From the NCBI GenBank assembly GCA_963422525.1, contig OY730226.1, positions 1,982,881-2,046,880 of the forward strand: DNA of 64,000 nucleotides. The letters run 5' to 3'. Below the pieces are notes generated by a model. The model was not told the DNA's origin. It searched no databases and was given only the letters and a program-made list of their open reading frames with translations. Positions 56,247-64,000 of the stretch are shown piece by piece (position 1 is the stretch's first letter; every line of letters begins with the position of its first letter). The translations under genes and the position numbers were made by a program. The stretch comes from Dehalococcoidia bacterium (lineage in GTDB: Bacteria > Chloroflexota > Dehalococcoidia > Lucifugimonadales > JADFKI01).

Positions 56247-56711
56247 CTAGACTGCGGTTTTCAAAGTGATGGGCAGAGCGGCTCCCTTATCCTGCTCGGG
56301 ACGAATAGGCGTGCTCTTCACCAAGTCTTCTATCGTTATGGAGTCAAGGATATTGAACACAGCTTCGGCAACCGTTCGCCAGACTTCGCGCTGAGCGCAA
56401 GCCGGCGAGTGGATGCAGATGGTGTTGTCAGCTAGACAGGCGACAGGCGCCTCCGTGCCGCCAAGACAGGTCATAACTTTGCTCAGCCTGATTTCCGAAG
56501 GATGCATGGCAAGCAGATGACCGCCCTGGGGACCACGCTGGCTGCGAGTGAAGCCGCTCTTGCTCAGTGCATGCAGCACCTGCGCCAGATACTGTTCCGG
56601 TATCACGGTGCGCCTTGCAATTTCGCCGGCGCGTACAGGCGCATCCGAACCGTTCAGCGCCAGGTCAACCAGCGCCCGGACACCGTAGTCCACTTTCATT
56701 GGAATACACAT
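56247..56711 (-). CDS. Rrf2-family transcriptional regulator
   Basis: MKVDYGVRALVDLA.., HTH (IPEQYLAQVLHALSKSGF) and three C-terminal Cys residues. The start at 56711 is preceded by AAGGGAGAG. The ORF-track start 56786 would overlap the upstream gene. Confidence 0.85.
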   Translation of the reverse strand: MCIPMKVDYGVRALVDLALNGSDAPVRAGEIARRTVIPEQYLAQVLHALSKSGFTRSQRGPQGGHLLAMHPSEIRLSKVMTCLGGTEAPVACLADNTICIHSPACAQREVWRTVAEAVFNILDSITIEDLVKSTPIRPEQDKGAALPITLKTAV

Positions 56712-56748
56712 GGGCCACTCTCCCTTAGCCATGTTGTTACCGGCATGG

Positions 56749-57195
56749 CTATTCGGTTGAGACCGTCCTTTCCTGAGTATCGCCAAGAGCGGAGTTTAGC
56801 GCGTGCCAAGATAGCGCGGCGCACTTTATGCGCGCAGGGTAGCGCGACACCCCTTGAAGCAGCTCCGCATCGCCGAGTGCATCAGCATCGAAATCCTCTT
56901 GCTTAATCATGCTGTGGAACTCTTTGAACACCTTTTCGGCGTCCTCTACCGAAAGCCCCTTGACGCTCTCAGTCATTATAGAGGCGGATGCTTTGGATAT
57001 TGCGCATCCGACCGCCTGAAAGCCAACATCCGCAATCATTTCGTCTTCCACTGCCAAATATAGCGTAATCTGGTCTCCGCAGAGAGGGTTGAACCCTTCC
57101 GCCAGCCTGTTGGCATCTTCCGGTTTGCGGAAGTTGCGCGGGCGGCGGTTGTGATCCATTATCACTTCTTGATATAGGTCGTGCAAGTCGTACAT
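56749..57195 (-). CDS. sufU: SUF-type NifU/IscU-like Fe-S scaffold (copy 2)
   Basis: NPLCGD, GCAIS and RIKCAAL conserved Cys positions. Confidence 0.85.
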   Translation of the reverse strand: MYDLHDLYQEVIMDHNRRPRNFRKPEDANRLAEGFNPLCGDQITLYLAVEDEMIADVGFQAVGCAISKASASIMTESVKGLSVEDAEKVFKEFHSMIKQEDFDADALGDAELLQGVSRYPARIKCAALSWHALNSALGDTQERTVSTE

Positions 57196-57201
57196 ATCAG
57201 C

Positions 57202-58530
57202 CTAGAACTCGAACTTGTAGCTTGGGAGCGAATCGAGGAACAGGTCCCCGAGGCGCCTTTTGAGGTAATCATCCTCGACGGTCTCTATAATTTCACTGGC
57301 GAATCCGTAGATGAGCAGGCGGCTCGCCGTCTCCAAATCTATACCGCGGCTGCGCATGTAGAATACCGTGTCCAAGTCTATGTTCCCCGCCGTAGCGCCG
57401 TGCCCGCACTTCACATCGTCCGCATAGATGAATAGTGAGGGCTTGCTGTCCACCTCAGCGTCGGGCGAAAGCACCAGATTCTTGTCTTCCTGGTGTGAGT
57501 CGGTCTTGATTGCGCCCGGCTGCACATAGACCGTGCCGCCGAATACGGCGCGTGATCTGCCATCGAGGATACCTTTGTAGTACAAACGGCTGGTGGAGTG
57601 AGGCTTCTTGTGGTTGATGTTGATGTAGTTGTCCATGTGCTGACTGCCGGAAGTGAAGTACAACCCCTTAAGATCGCAGGATGCGTTTTCGCCGTCAATG
57701 CCGGTGTAGAAGTCGAACCTGCCAAGTCCTACTTGACGCTCGAAGACTTTGGAATTGTATGCGCTGTTATCCGCCTGATGCACGCGCGCCACGCCGATAT
57801 GGTAGGCGTCTTCGCTTTCCATAAGCAGCCGGCAGTGGTTCAGCGTCGCCCCCGTCTCAACCGCCATCTCCGTAATTGCGTTTGTGAGATAGGCGCCGCC
57901 GGAGACACCAACATAAGATTCTATGACGGTTGCGTGGCTGTTACAGCCAGATACTACCAGTGTGCGCGGATGCGAGACCGTTCGCTCACTGCCGGACGAG
58001 AGGAATAGCAGGTGGATAGGCCTCTCGACATTTGCATTGTCGGCAATCCGCACGAATGCGCCATCGCTGACAAAAGCTGTGTTCAACGCAATGAAGCCGT
58101 CCTCATCAGGGTCGGCATATAGGGACAAGCGTTCCTCCACATCGCTATTGCCCGACGCGATAGCTTGCGCCAGACTCGTCACTAAGACGCTATCGTCGTC
58201 AAACGGCATGGTTGAGAGGGCGTCCGAGTACATGCCATCGATGAAGACTAGCTGATGCCATCCGACTTGCCAAGGCGCGAATTGGGTTACATCGGCAGCG
58301 GTGAACGAGGGCGTCACCACCGCCGCCCGATTGAATCCAGCATTGGCGATAGGTGCGATATTGGTGTACTTGTAAGGCTCGTTGCCGCGTCGCGCCGTCG
58401 GCAGCCCGTTCGCGAGAAAGCGCTGCCAAGCGGCTGCGCGAACGTCGCGCAACCATTCTGGTTGCGCAGCACCGTCTAGAGAATGAAAATCAGAAGCGTA
58501 TTGTTCGTATCGTGTCAGTGTTTGTGTCAT
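57202..58530 (-). CDS. sufD: Fe-S cluster assembly protein SufD
   Basis: Beta-helix core with the conserved C-terminal block LFIYADDVKCGHGATAGNID..FYMRSRGI. Confidence 0.9.
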   Translation of the reverse strand: MTQTLTRYEQYASDFHSLDGAAQPEWLRDVRAAAWQRFLANGLPTARRGNEPYKYTNIAPIANAGFNRAAVVTPSFTAADVTQFAPWQVGWHQLVFIDGMYSDALSTMPFDDDSVLVTSLAQAIASGNSDVEERLSLYADPDEDGFIALNTAFVSDGAFVRIADNANVERPIHLLFLSSGSERTVSHPRTLVVSGCNSHATVIESYVGVSGGAYLTNAITEMAVETGATLNHCRLLMESEDAYHIGVARVHQADNSAYNSKVFERQVGLGRFDFYTGIDGENASCDLKGLYFTSGSQHMDNYININHKKPHSTSRLYYKGILDGRSRAVFGGTVYVQPGAIKTDSHQEDKNLVLSPDAEVDSKPSLFIYADDVKCGHGATAGNIDLDTVFYMRSRGIDLETASRLLIYGFASEIIETVEDDYLKRRLGDLFLDSLPSYKFEF

Positions 58531-58838
58531 ATGAGTTTGGCAGCTCGTTGGTGTTTCAGTTGGTCAGTCCTTCTTTGATGTGTGTGAGCGATAAGCCCAA
58601 AGCGCAGCGCAATTATGTAGCTCATCCGATTAGATTGCAGATCCATACGGATGCCAGAACTGCGGCGCCAATCCCAAGAACTCAGTAAAGCAGGCGCGCT
58701 TTTGCCGCTTCGAAGCGGTCAAGTCGCGCATTCATGTCATCAAAGCGCTTGTTCATCTGAACTTGCTCGCCCTTAATCCTTCCTAGTCTGCCGCACACTT
58801 GACGATAAGCGATAGCGCTTGCCTAATTAATCCCCGCT

Positions 58839-59621
58839 TCACGTAACTGCTTCTTCTCGCAGCCACTCGTAGCCTCTTTCTTCCAATTCAAGAGCAAGTT
58901 CGCGGCTTCCGGATTGGGCGATTCTACCGTCTAGGAGGACATGCACATAGTCAGGTGTGATGTAGTTCAGGATGCGCTGGTAGTGAGTTACCATCACGAT
59001 GGAGCGTTCATCCGACCTAAACTGGTTGACGCCGTTGGATACGATGCGCAGGGCGTCGATGTCCAATCCGGAGTCGGTTTCGTCTAGCAACGCCAGCGTT
59101 GGCTCCAGCAGCGCAAGCTGGAGGATTTCGTTCCGCTTCTTCTCGCCGCCGGAGAAGCCTTCATTCACAGAACGCCGCACCAAGTCGCCGTCAATTTCCA
59201 CAGTTTGCATCTTCTCTTCAAGCATGCGGTCGAACTCGCGGACGCGCAACTCATTCAAGCCTCGATGCTGCCGAATAGCCTCCACTGCGGTCTTCAAGAA
59301 CTGCCAAGAACGCACGCCGGGCAGCTCAACGGGGTACTGGAATGCCAGAAACACACCTTCGCGGGCGCGCGTTTCCGGGTCCATCCGGAGCAGGTCTTGT
59401 CCTTTATAGAGCGCCTCGCCGCCGGTGATAGTGTACTCGGGACGGCCTGCCAACACATTGGCTAGCGTGCTCTTGCCGGAGCCGTTCGGCCCCATAATCG
59501 CGTGAACCTCGCCTAGGTTGACGGTGAGGCTAATGCCCTTCAGAATCTGCGTCTCGTCAATGGAAACATGCAGATTCCGAACTTCCAGAAGCGGTGTATC
59601 GTTGCCGTTTGTCTGTATCAT
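58839..59621 (-). CDS. sufC: Fe-S cluster assembly ATPase SufC
   Basis: Walker A GPNGSGKST, ABC signature FSGGEKKR, and Walker B LALLDETDSGLD. Confidence 0.95.
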   Translation of the reverse strand: MIQTNGNDTPLLEVRNLHVSIDETQILKGISLTVNLGEVHAIMGPNGSGKSTLANVLAGRPEYTITGGEALYKGQDLLRMDPETRAREGVFLAFQYPVELPGVRSWQFLKTAVEAIRQHRGLNELRVREFDRMLEEKMQTVEIDGDLVRRSVNEGFSGGEKKRNEILQLALLEPTLALLDETDSGLDIDALRIVSNGVNQFRSDERSIVMVTHYQRILNYITPDYVHVLLDGRIAQSGSRELALELEERGYEWLREEAVT

Positions 59622-59623
59622 TC

Positions 59624-61084
59624 CTAGCCTACCGTGCCCTCCAGATTTACCCTAAGGAGTTGGGACGCCTCAGCCGCAAACTCGAAGGGGAGTTCCTTGA
59701 ATATGCCACGGCAGAAGCCGTTGATAATCATATAATTCGCCTCTTCCAGCCCGATGCCGCGCTGCTGGAGGTAGAAGAGTTGGCTGTCGTCCACCTTGGA
59801 AGTAGTGGCTTCATGCCCCATCTGCGCGGTGGGATTGCGCACCTCGATATAGGGCACCGTATGCGCGCCGCACTGGTCTCCGATGAGCAGTGAATCGCAC
59901 TGCGTAAAGTTTCGCGCATTCCGAGCAGACGGCATAATCTTCACCTGCCCTCTGTAAGTATTCTGCGCCTTGCCCGCGGATATGCCCTTTGCGATGATGG
60001 TGCTCTTAGTGTTTTTGCCGATGTGGATCATCTTTGTGCCGGTGTCCGCCTGCTGGTAGTTATTTACTAGCGCAACTGAGTAGAATTCGCCAACGGAATT
60101 GTCGCCAAGCAACAACACACTTGGGTACTTCCATGTGATGGCAGAGCCTGTCTCCACCTGAGTCCATGAAATCTTGGAGTTTCTGCCGCGCGCCGCGCCG
60201 CGTTTCGTAACGAAGTTATAGACGCCGCCGTTGCCGTCCTTGTCGCCCGGATACCAGTTCTGCAGCGTCGAGTACTTTATCTCCGCGTCATCGAGCGCAA
60301 CAAGCTCGACGACGGCGGCATGTAGCTGATGTGTCTTCCGCATCGGCGCGGTGCATCCCTCAAGGTAGCTGACATAGCTTCCCTTGTCGGCGATGATGAG
60401 CGTCCGCTCGAACTGGCCCGTGTCCAGCTCATTAATGCGGAAGTAGGTCATAAGCTCGATAGGACAGCGCACTCCCGGCGGCACATACACGAAAGAGCCG
60501 TCGCTGAACACAGCCGAGTTGAGCGCGGCATAGAAGTTATCGGTATAGGGCACGACTGAGCCGAGATACTTCTTGACTATCTCCGGGTGCGTCTTGACGG
60601 CCTCGCTGACCGAGCAGAAAATCACGCCTGCGTCTTCCAGCATCTTGCGGTATGTGGTAGCAACGGATGCGCTATCCAGCACAGCGTCGATGGCGACCCC
60701 TGTGAGCCGCTTCTGCTCCTCCAGTGGGATGCCGAGCTTGTTGAAGGCTTCGCGTATGTCAGGATCGACCTCATCCAAACTCTTAGGCGCATCCGCCTGC
60801 GACTTCGGAGCGGCGTAGTAGATAATATCTTGAAAGTCGATAGGCGGATACTCGATATTCGCCCACTTCGGCTCTTCGTTGTTGAGCGTAAGCCAGTGGC
60901 GATACGCCTTAAGCCGCCACTCCAGCATCCACTCCGGTTCGCCCTTTTTGGCGGATATGAGCCTAACGATGTCCTCGCTGAGTCCCCTGGGGGCGATGTC
61001 AGACTCGATGTCGAACTCGAACCCCCACTTATACCCCTGATCCTCCACGCCAGTCTCGCGCGAGATGACCCTTTGTGTGGTCAT
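59624..61084 (-). CDS. sufB: Fe-S cluster assembly protein SufB
   Basis: Highly conserved SufB blocks ([33 protein letters not shown]). The start at MTTQRV (61084) is preceded by GAAAGG. Confidence 0.95.
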   Translation of the reverse strand: MTTQRVISRETGVEDQGYKWGFEFDIESDIAPRGLSEDIVRLISAKKGEPEWMLEWRLKAYRHWLTLNNEEPKWANIEYPPIDFQDIIYYAAPKSQADAPKSLDEVDPDIREAFNKLGIPLEEQKRLTGVAIDAVLDSASVATTYRKMLEDAGVIFCSVSEAVKTHPEIVKKYLGSVVPYTDNFYAALNSAVFSDGSFVYVPPGVRCPIELMTYFRINELDTGQFERTLIIADKGSYVSYLEGCTAPMRKTHQLHAAVVELVALDDAEIKYSTLQNWYPGDKDGNGGVYNFVTKRGAARGRNSKISWTQVETGSAITWKYPSVLLLGDNSVGEFYSVALVNNYQQADTGTKMIHIGKNTKSTIIAKGISAGKAQNTYRGQVKIMPSARNARNFTQCDSLLIGDQCGAHTVPYIEVRNPTAQMGHEATTSKVDDSQLFYLQQRGIGLEEANYMIINGFCRGIFKELPFEFAAEASQLLRVNLEGTVG

Positions 61085-61112
61085 AGATGCTACCTTTCGA
61101 TTTACTACGACT

Positions 61113-61135
61113 TTGTTGATTAAATTAGTCAACAA
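61113..61135. promoter_or_regulatory. inverted repeat (candidate operator) overlapping a putative sufB promoter
   Basis: TTGTTGA-N9-TCAACAA is a perfect 7-nt inverted repeat 30-50 nt upstream of the sufB start. On the minus strand, TTGACT lies within it. An Rrf2 regulator is encoded in the operon. Confidence 0.3.
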
Positions 61136-61510
61136 TTGCACTTGTCAATATAGCAACTCCTGCATTAAGGGTCAATAGTTTGTTATCGGGAAGGTAGATT
61201 TCCGAATCAGGTGGTTGAATAGAGATTCCACCCTCCCCCATCCTAGCCTTCCCCTATCAAGATCAAGGGGGAAGAGACTTTACCACCCAAAAAGGAACGC
61301 TATCTTATCGGGAAGAGCGCCGCACATCTCGCTCCGTTTCACATATACTGATGCGTCCTTTCCATGATTGCTGCGCTCTTAATAGAACCCTTACATCAGA
61401 TTAACCCAATACAGCGCCTTGTTAATCTGCGCTTTAAGTCGATCCCATAAACTACCACACTGACATTCAGACCGAAAGTAAATCAAGAAAAGGAGTAGTT
61501 GGAGTAGTTT

Positions 61511-61744
61511 ATGGGCATGAATTCAAGAGTATCGTTACTGTCAGTGGCAGCACATTCACGATATGTCCACACCGCCGGCGATCTCGTCAGTTTCGCGCCC
61601 GTTGCGAGCATTGGCATCGAGAACGGCGTCGCCGAGATAGTTGCCGCAACTCCCGACGGTACGACACCGGTCTATACCGACTCTGACAACGAAAGCATCG
61701 GGTTGGTGGACAGCCTCAATCTGATGCAAATACGAAAAAGTTGA
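61511..61744 (+). CDS. hypothetical small protein
   Basis: A 77-aa ORF preceded by AAGGAG. No motif recognised. Confidence 0.3.
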   Translation: MGMNSRVSLLSVAAHSRYVHTAGDLVSFAPVASIGIENGVAEIVAATPDGTTPVYTDSDNESIGLVDSLNLMQIRKS

Positions 61745-61928
61745 AGAACTAGCGCTGACTGAGAACGGCGCTGTCTGGATAAGCTTGGACAACGCCGGCG
61801 GCGAGATTAAGAGAAGGCTCATCAGCACGGGATCCTTACGCAATCCTTTGCAATAGGGACCGGGACGACGCATTCGGATGAACATAAGAACGCTACTCGG
61901 TTGGTGATTGTAGCCGAGCAGCGTTGCT

Positions 61929-62840
61929 CTAAGCAGGGGAGCGCAACAGTCCTCGCATAAACTCTAGCGCCTCCTCGCTCGCAACGCTCACCGCCACATC
62001 TACGTTGCCTTCGCCATCGCAGTCAGCGGTAATCTCCCCCACACGTTCACCTTCCGTCGCAACATTTAGCGTCGCCGCCCGCACCCGTATCAGCTCAGGC
62101 ATCAGCGCCGCCATTATAGTTACCGGGTCATGCAGACTAAACCGCCGTTCAGCCTGCCCTAGATCAAACCAATTTTCCAGTATCCGCGCAGCCAGTCTCT
62201 CCCCGGGGGTATCACCTGTGAGCCAAGTTTCATCGCCACGCGCAATCGAAGTCTGACGCGATATGTTTAGCCCAAGCAGTGTAACCGGCGCCCCGGAGCC
62301 AAACACCACATTCGCCGCGTGTGGGTCGTCATATATGTTGAACTCCGCGTATGGCGTAACATTCCCTGGGCCTCCGCCGGTACCGCCCATAACATAAACT
62401 CGCCGCAGGGAGTCCTTCAGCCGAGGTTCTCGCATCAATGCTCGCGCCACATTCGTAAGCGGCCCCAGCGCGAACAGAACCAGTTCGCCCGGCATTCGCA
62501 GCGCAGTCTCGATGATGAAGTCCACCGCACTGCCATCCGCAGGACGAACCTCAGTATCCGGAAGACGCACCGTCAAGCCGTCTGCGCCATGTACTTCGTA
62601 GGCATGCTGGAACTCGCCCACTAACGGCTCCGATGAACCCTGATAGACAGGAATATCTGACCGTCCCATGTATTCCAACAGCCGCAGGGCATTGGCGGTT
62701 GTATGCTCCAATGTTGCGTTACCCTCGACTGTCGTCAGCGCCAGTATATCCAGCGCAGGGGTGTTCAGAGCCATTATCAGCGCCAACACATCGTCTGCGC
62801 CCGGATCAGTGTCAATTATACACTTCATAGTCTTACTCAC
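61929..62840 (-). CDS. nucleoside hydrolase (IUNH family)
   Basis: The N-terminal IIDTDPGADDVLALIMAL aspartate cluster is diagnostic of inosine-uridine nucleoside hydrolases. Confidence 0.9.
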   Translation of the reverse strand: MSKTMKCIIDTDPGADDVLALIMALNTPALDILALTTVEGNATLEHTTANALRLLEYMGRSDIPVYQGSSEPLVGEFQHAYEVHGADGLTVRLPDTEVRPADGSAVDFIIETALRMPGELVLFALGPLTNVARALMREPRLKDSLRRVYVMGGTGGGPGNVTPYAEFNIYDDPHAANVVFGSGAPVTLLGLNISRQTSIARGDETWLTGDTPGERLAARILENWFDLGQAERRFSLHDPVTIMAALMPELIRVRAATLNVATEGERVGEITADCDGEGNVDVAVSVASEEALEFMRGLLRSPA

Positions 62841-62865
62841 AACAATGTACAGGATGGACGGGATT

Positions 62866-63750
62866 TTAGTTTCTGGTAGATGCCCGGCGCAACGCAGTCA
62901 ACGCGCTGCTCAGTCCGAGCCGCGCCAGAAGTAGGAACTTTTCGCTTGCGCTAAGCCCAATGCGCCGTTCGAACACATTGAAGCCGGACTGCTCAATTCG
63001 GTTGAGGATGCGTCTGTAGGTGGTGTGCATCAGCCTCGGGCATGCGTCCGCGTCGGAGTCAATAAGAGAGAACAGTGGCTCGCTGCTCTTGAAGTATGTC
63101 TGCGCGCGCGCTGTCTGATACGCCATCAGCGTCCTAAAAGAATCGGTGAGCGCGCCGCTCATAAGCTCTGCTTCAGTGCAGCCGAAGCATACCATCTCGT
63201 CCTTCGGAATGTAGATGCGGTCACGCTCCGCATCCTCCTTCACATCGCGCAAGATATTGGTAAGTTGCATTGCGATGCCCATGTCTATGGCATATTTCTC
63301 AGCGCTGGCGTCGGTATATCCAAAGATTTTGATGCAAACCAAGCCCACGACCGAAGCCACCTTGTAGCAGTATTCACGTAGCTCATCGAAACTCGCGAAT
63401 CTACTCTTCGTTATGTCCATCTCGACACCCTGCAGTATCTGCTCAAAGTAAGCATAAGGTATCTGATACGCGTCGGCGGCATGGTGGAGCGCATCGAAGA
63501 TGGGAGCCCCATGAGACGACGGATGCCAGGCGAGCAGGCTTCGTCGCACTTGCGCAAACTCGCGGAGCTTGCCGTCGGCGGAAAGGTCGCCGTCAGCGAT
63601 GTCGTCGCAGATGCGGCAGTAGGCATACACCGCATATATCGCATTGCGCTTGGCAGCCGGGAGCGTGCGGAAGGCGTAGTAGAAGTTACGGGCGTTATCT
63701 TTGGCGATGCGCTGGCAGTAGTTGTACGCCAGTTTCGGTTCGGTTGCCAC
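62866..63750 (-). CDS. phytoene/squalene synthase family protein
   Basis: NFYYAFRTLP, YAYCRICDDIADG (first Asp-rich motif) and NILRDVKEDAERDRIY (second). A GTG start at 63750 has GGAGG 5 nt upstream. The 63903 ATG extension is Cys/Ser-rich and overlaps the upstream gene. Confidence 0.85.
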   Translation of the reverse strand: MATEPKLAYNYCQRIAKDNARNFYYAFRTLPAAKRNAIYAVYAYCRICDDIADGDLSADGKLREFAQVRRSLLAWHPSSHGAPIFDALHHAADAYQIPYAYFEQILQGVEMDITKSRFASFDELREYCYKVASVVGLVCIKIFGYTDASAEKYAIDMGIAMQLTNILRDVKEDAERDRIYIPKDEMVCFGCTEAELMSGALTDSFRTLMAYQTARAQTYFKSSEPLFSLIDSDADACPRLMHTTYRRILNRIEQSGFNVFERRIGLSASEKFLLLARLGLSSALTALRRASTRN

Positions 63751-63817
63751 CGGAACCTCCCGAAGGCGGCTAACTGGATAGGCAATTTCTTGACTTATCG
63801 GCGAGCGGCACGGCGGG

Positions 63818-64000
63818 CTAGTGCTCTCGGAACAGCAAGAATTCGATGAGGTCTTCAAACTCCGTTCTTGCACGCTTTTGCAGTTCGACGGCAGCAAGCG
63901 CATTCATGGCGAATTCGCCATGTTCGACGGCGAGAGCGTGAGCGTAGTCGCGGGTATTCAGGCTGTCCATAATCTGCAGCGCATCGGCGACGTCGGTATC
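63818..64000 (-). CDS. C-terminal fragment of a probable polyprenyl diphosphate synthase (gene continues beyond window)
   Basis: Open frame from the window edge to TAG 63820-63818 encodes ..ALQIMDSLNTRDYAHALAVEHGEFAMNALAAVELQKRARTEFEDLIEFLLFREH*, a pattern typical of polyprenyl synthetase C-termini. It sits next to the phytoene synthase-like gene. Confidence 0.5.
   Translation of the reverse strand, partial: DTDVADALQIMDSLNTRDYAHALAVEHGEFAMNALAAVELQKRARTEFEDLIEFLLFREH

Noticed and set aside
58622-58756. Small minus-strand ORF in the sufC-sufD gap: MNKRFDDMNARLDRFEAAKARLLY, an in-frame TGA, then a hydrophobic tail VLGIGAAVLASVWICNLIG
   Set aside because: It looks like a coiled-coil plus TM micro-protein interrupted by TGA, which raised the idea of readthrough or recoding. 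TGA is used as a normal stop throughout the window, the ORF is tiny, and no SECIS-like or other evidence was seen. It is most likely chance or a decayed gene.

Overview
A 64 kb GC-rich bacterial chromosomal segment. Gene content and short REP-like elements suggest an environmental lineage, possibly Chloroflexota, but that is low-confidence inference. About 80% is core metabolism and housekeeping: 5'-truncated glyQS, sbcD-like nuclease, folK-folP, a transcarboxylase-like cluster, IDH and mdh, a type E-like succinate dehydrogenase (sdhA, sdhB, CCG-domain subunit), tRNA-Thr(CGU), envelope polysaccharide genes, pxpABC, comM, an MFS transporter, molybdoenzymes, ftsZ, a long SUF operon, a nucleoside hydrolase and carotenoid/isoprenoid genes. 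The exception is a co-directional minus-strand accessory island at about 30.5-43.2 kb, between comM and the MFS gene. Its transcription order is: GHKL-type ATPase (704 aa), overlapping 254-aa unknown, three tandem ~260-aa paralogs with near-identical ends and a divergent core, a type III-like mod gene interrupted by 53 perfect GGTC repeats and out of frame by one unit as assembled, hicB-hicA, a small membrane/coiled-coil gene, and a type III-like res helicase-nuclease. The hicBA cassette, and a decaying higBA cassette at 14.2-14.9 kb, each sit between an intact host-gene 3' end and a ~62-70 nt, ~85%-identical relic copy of that end. A 331-bp tandem duplication covers the res start. No integrase, transposase, CRISPR array or rRNA was seen. 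All functional calls come from motif recognition by eye; no database search was possible.
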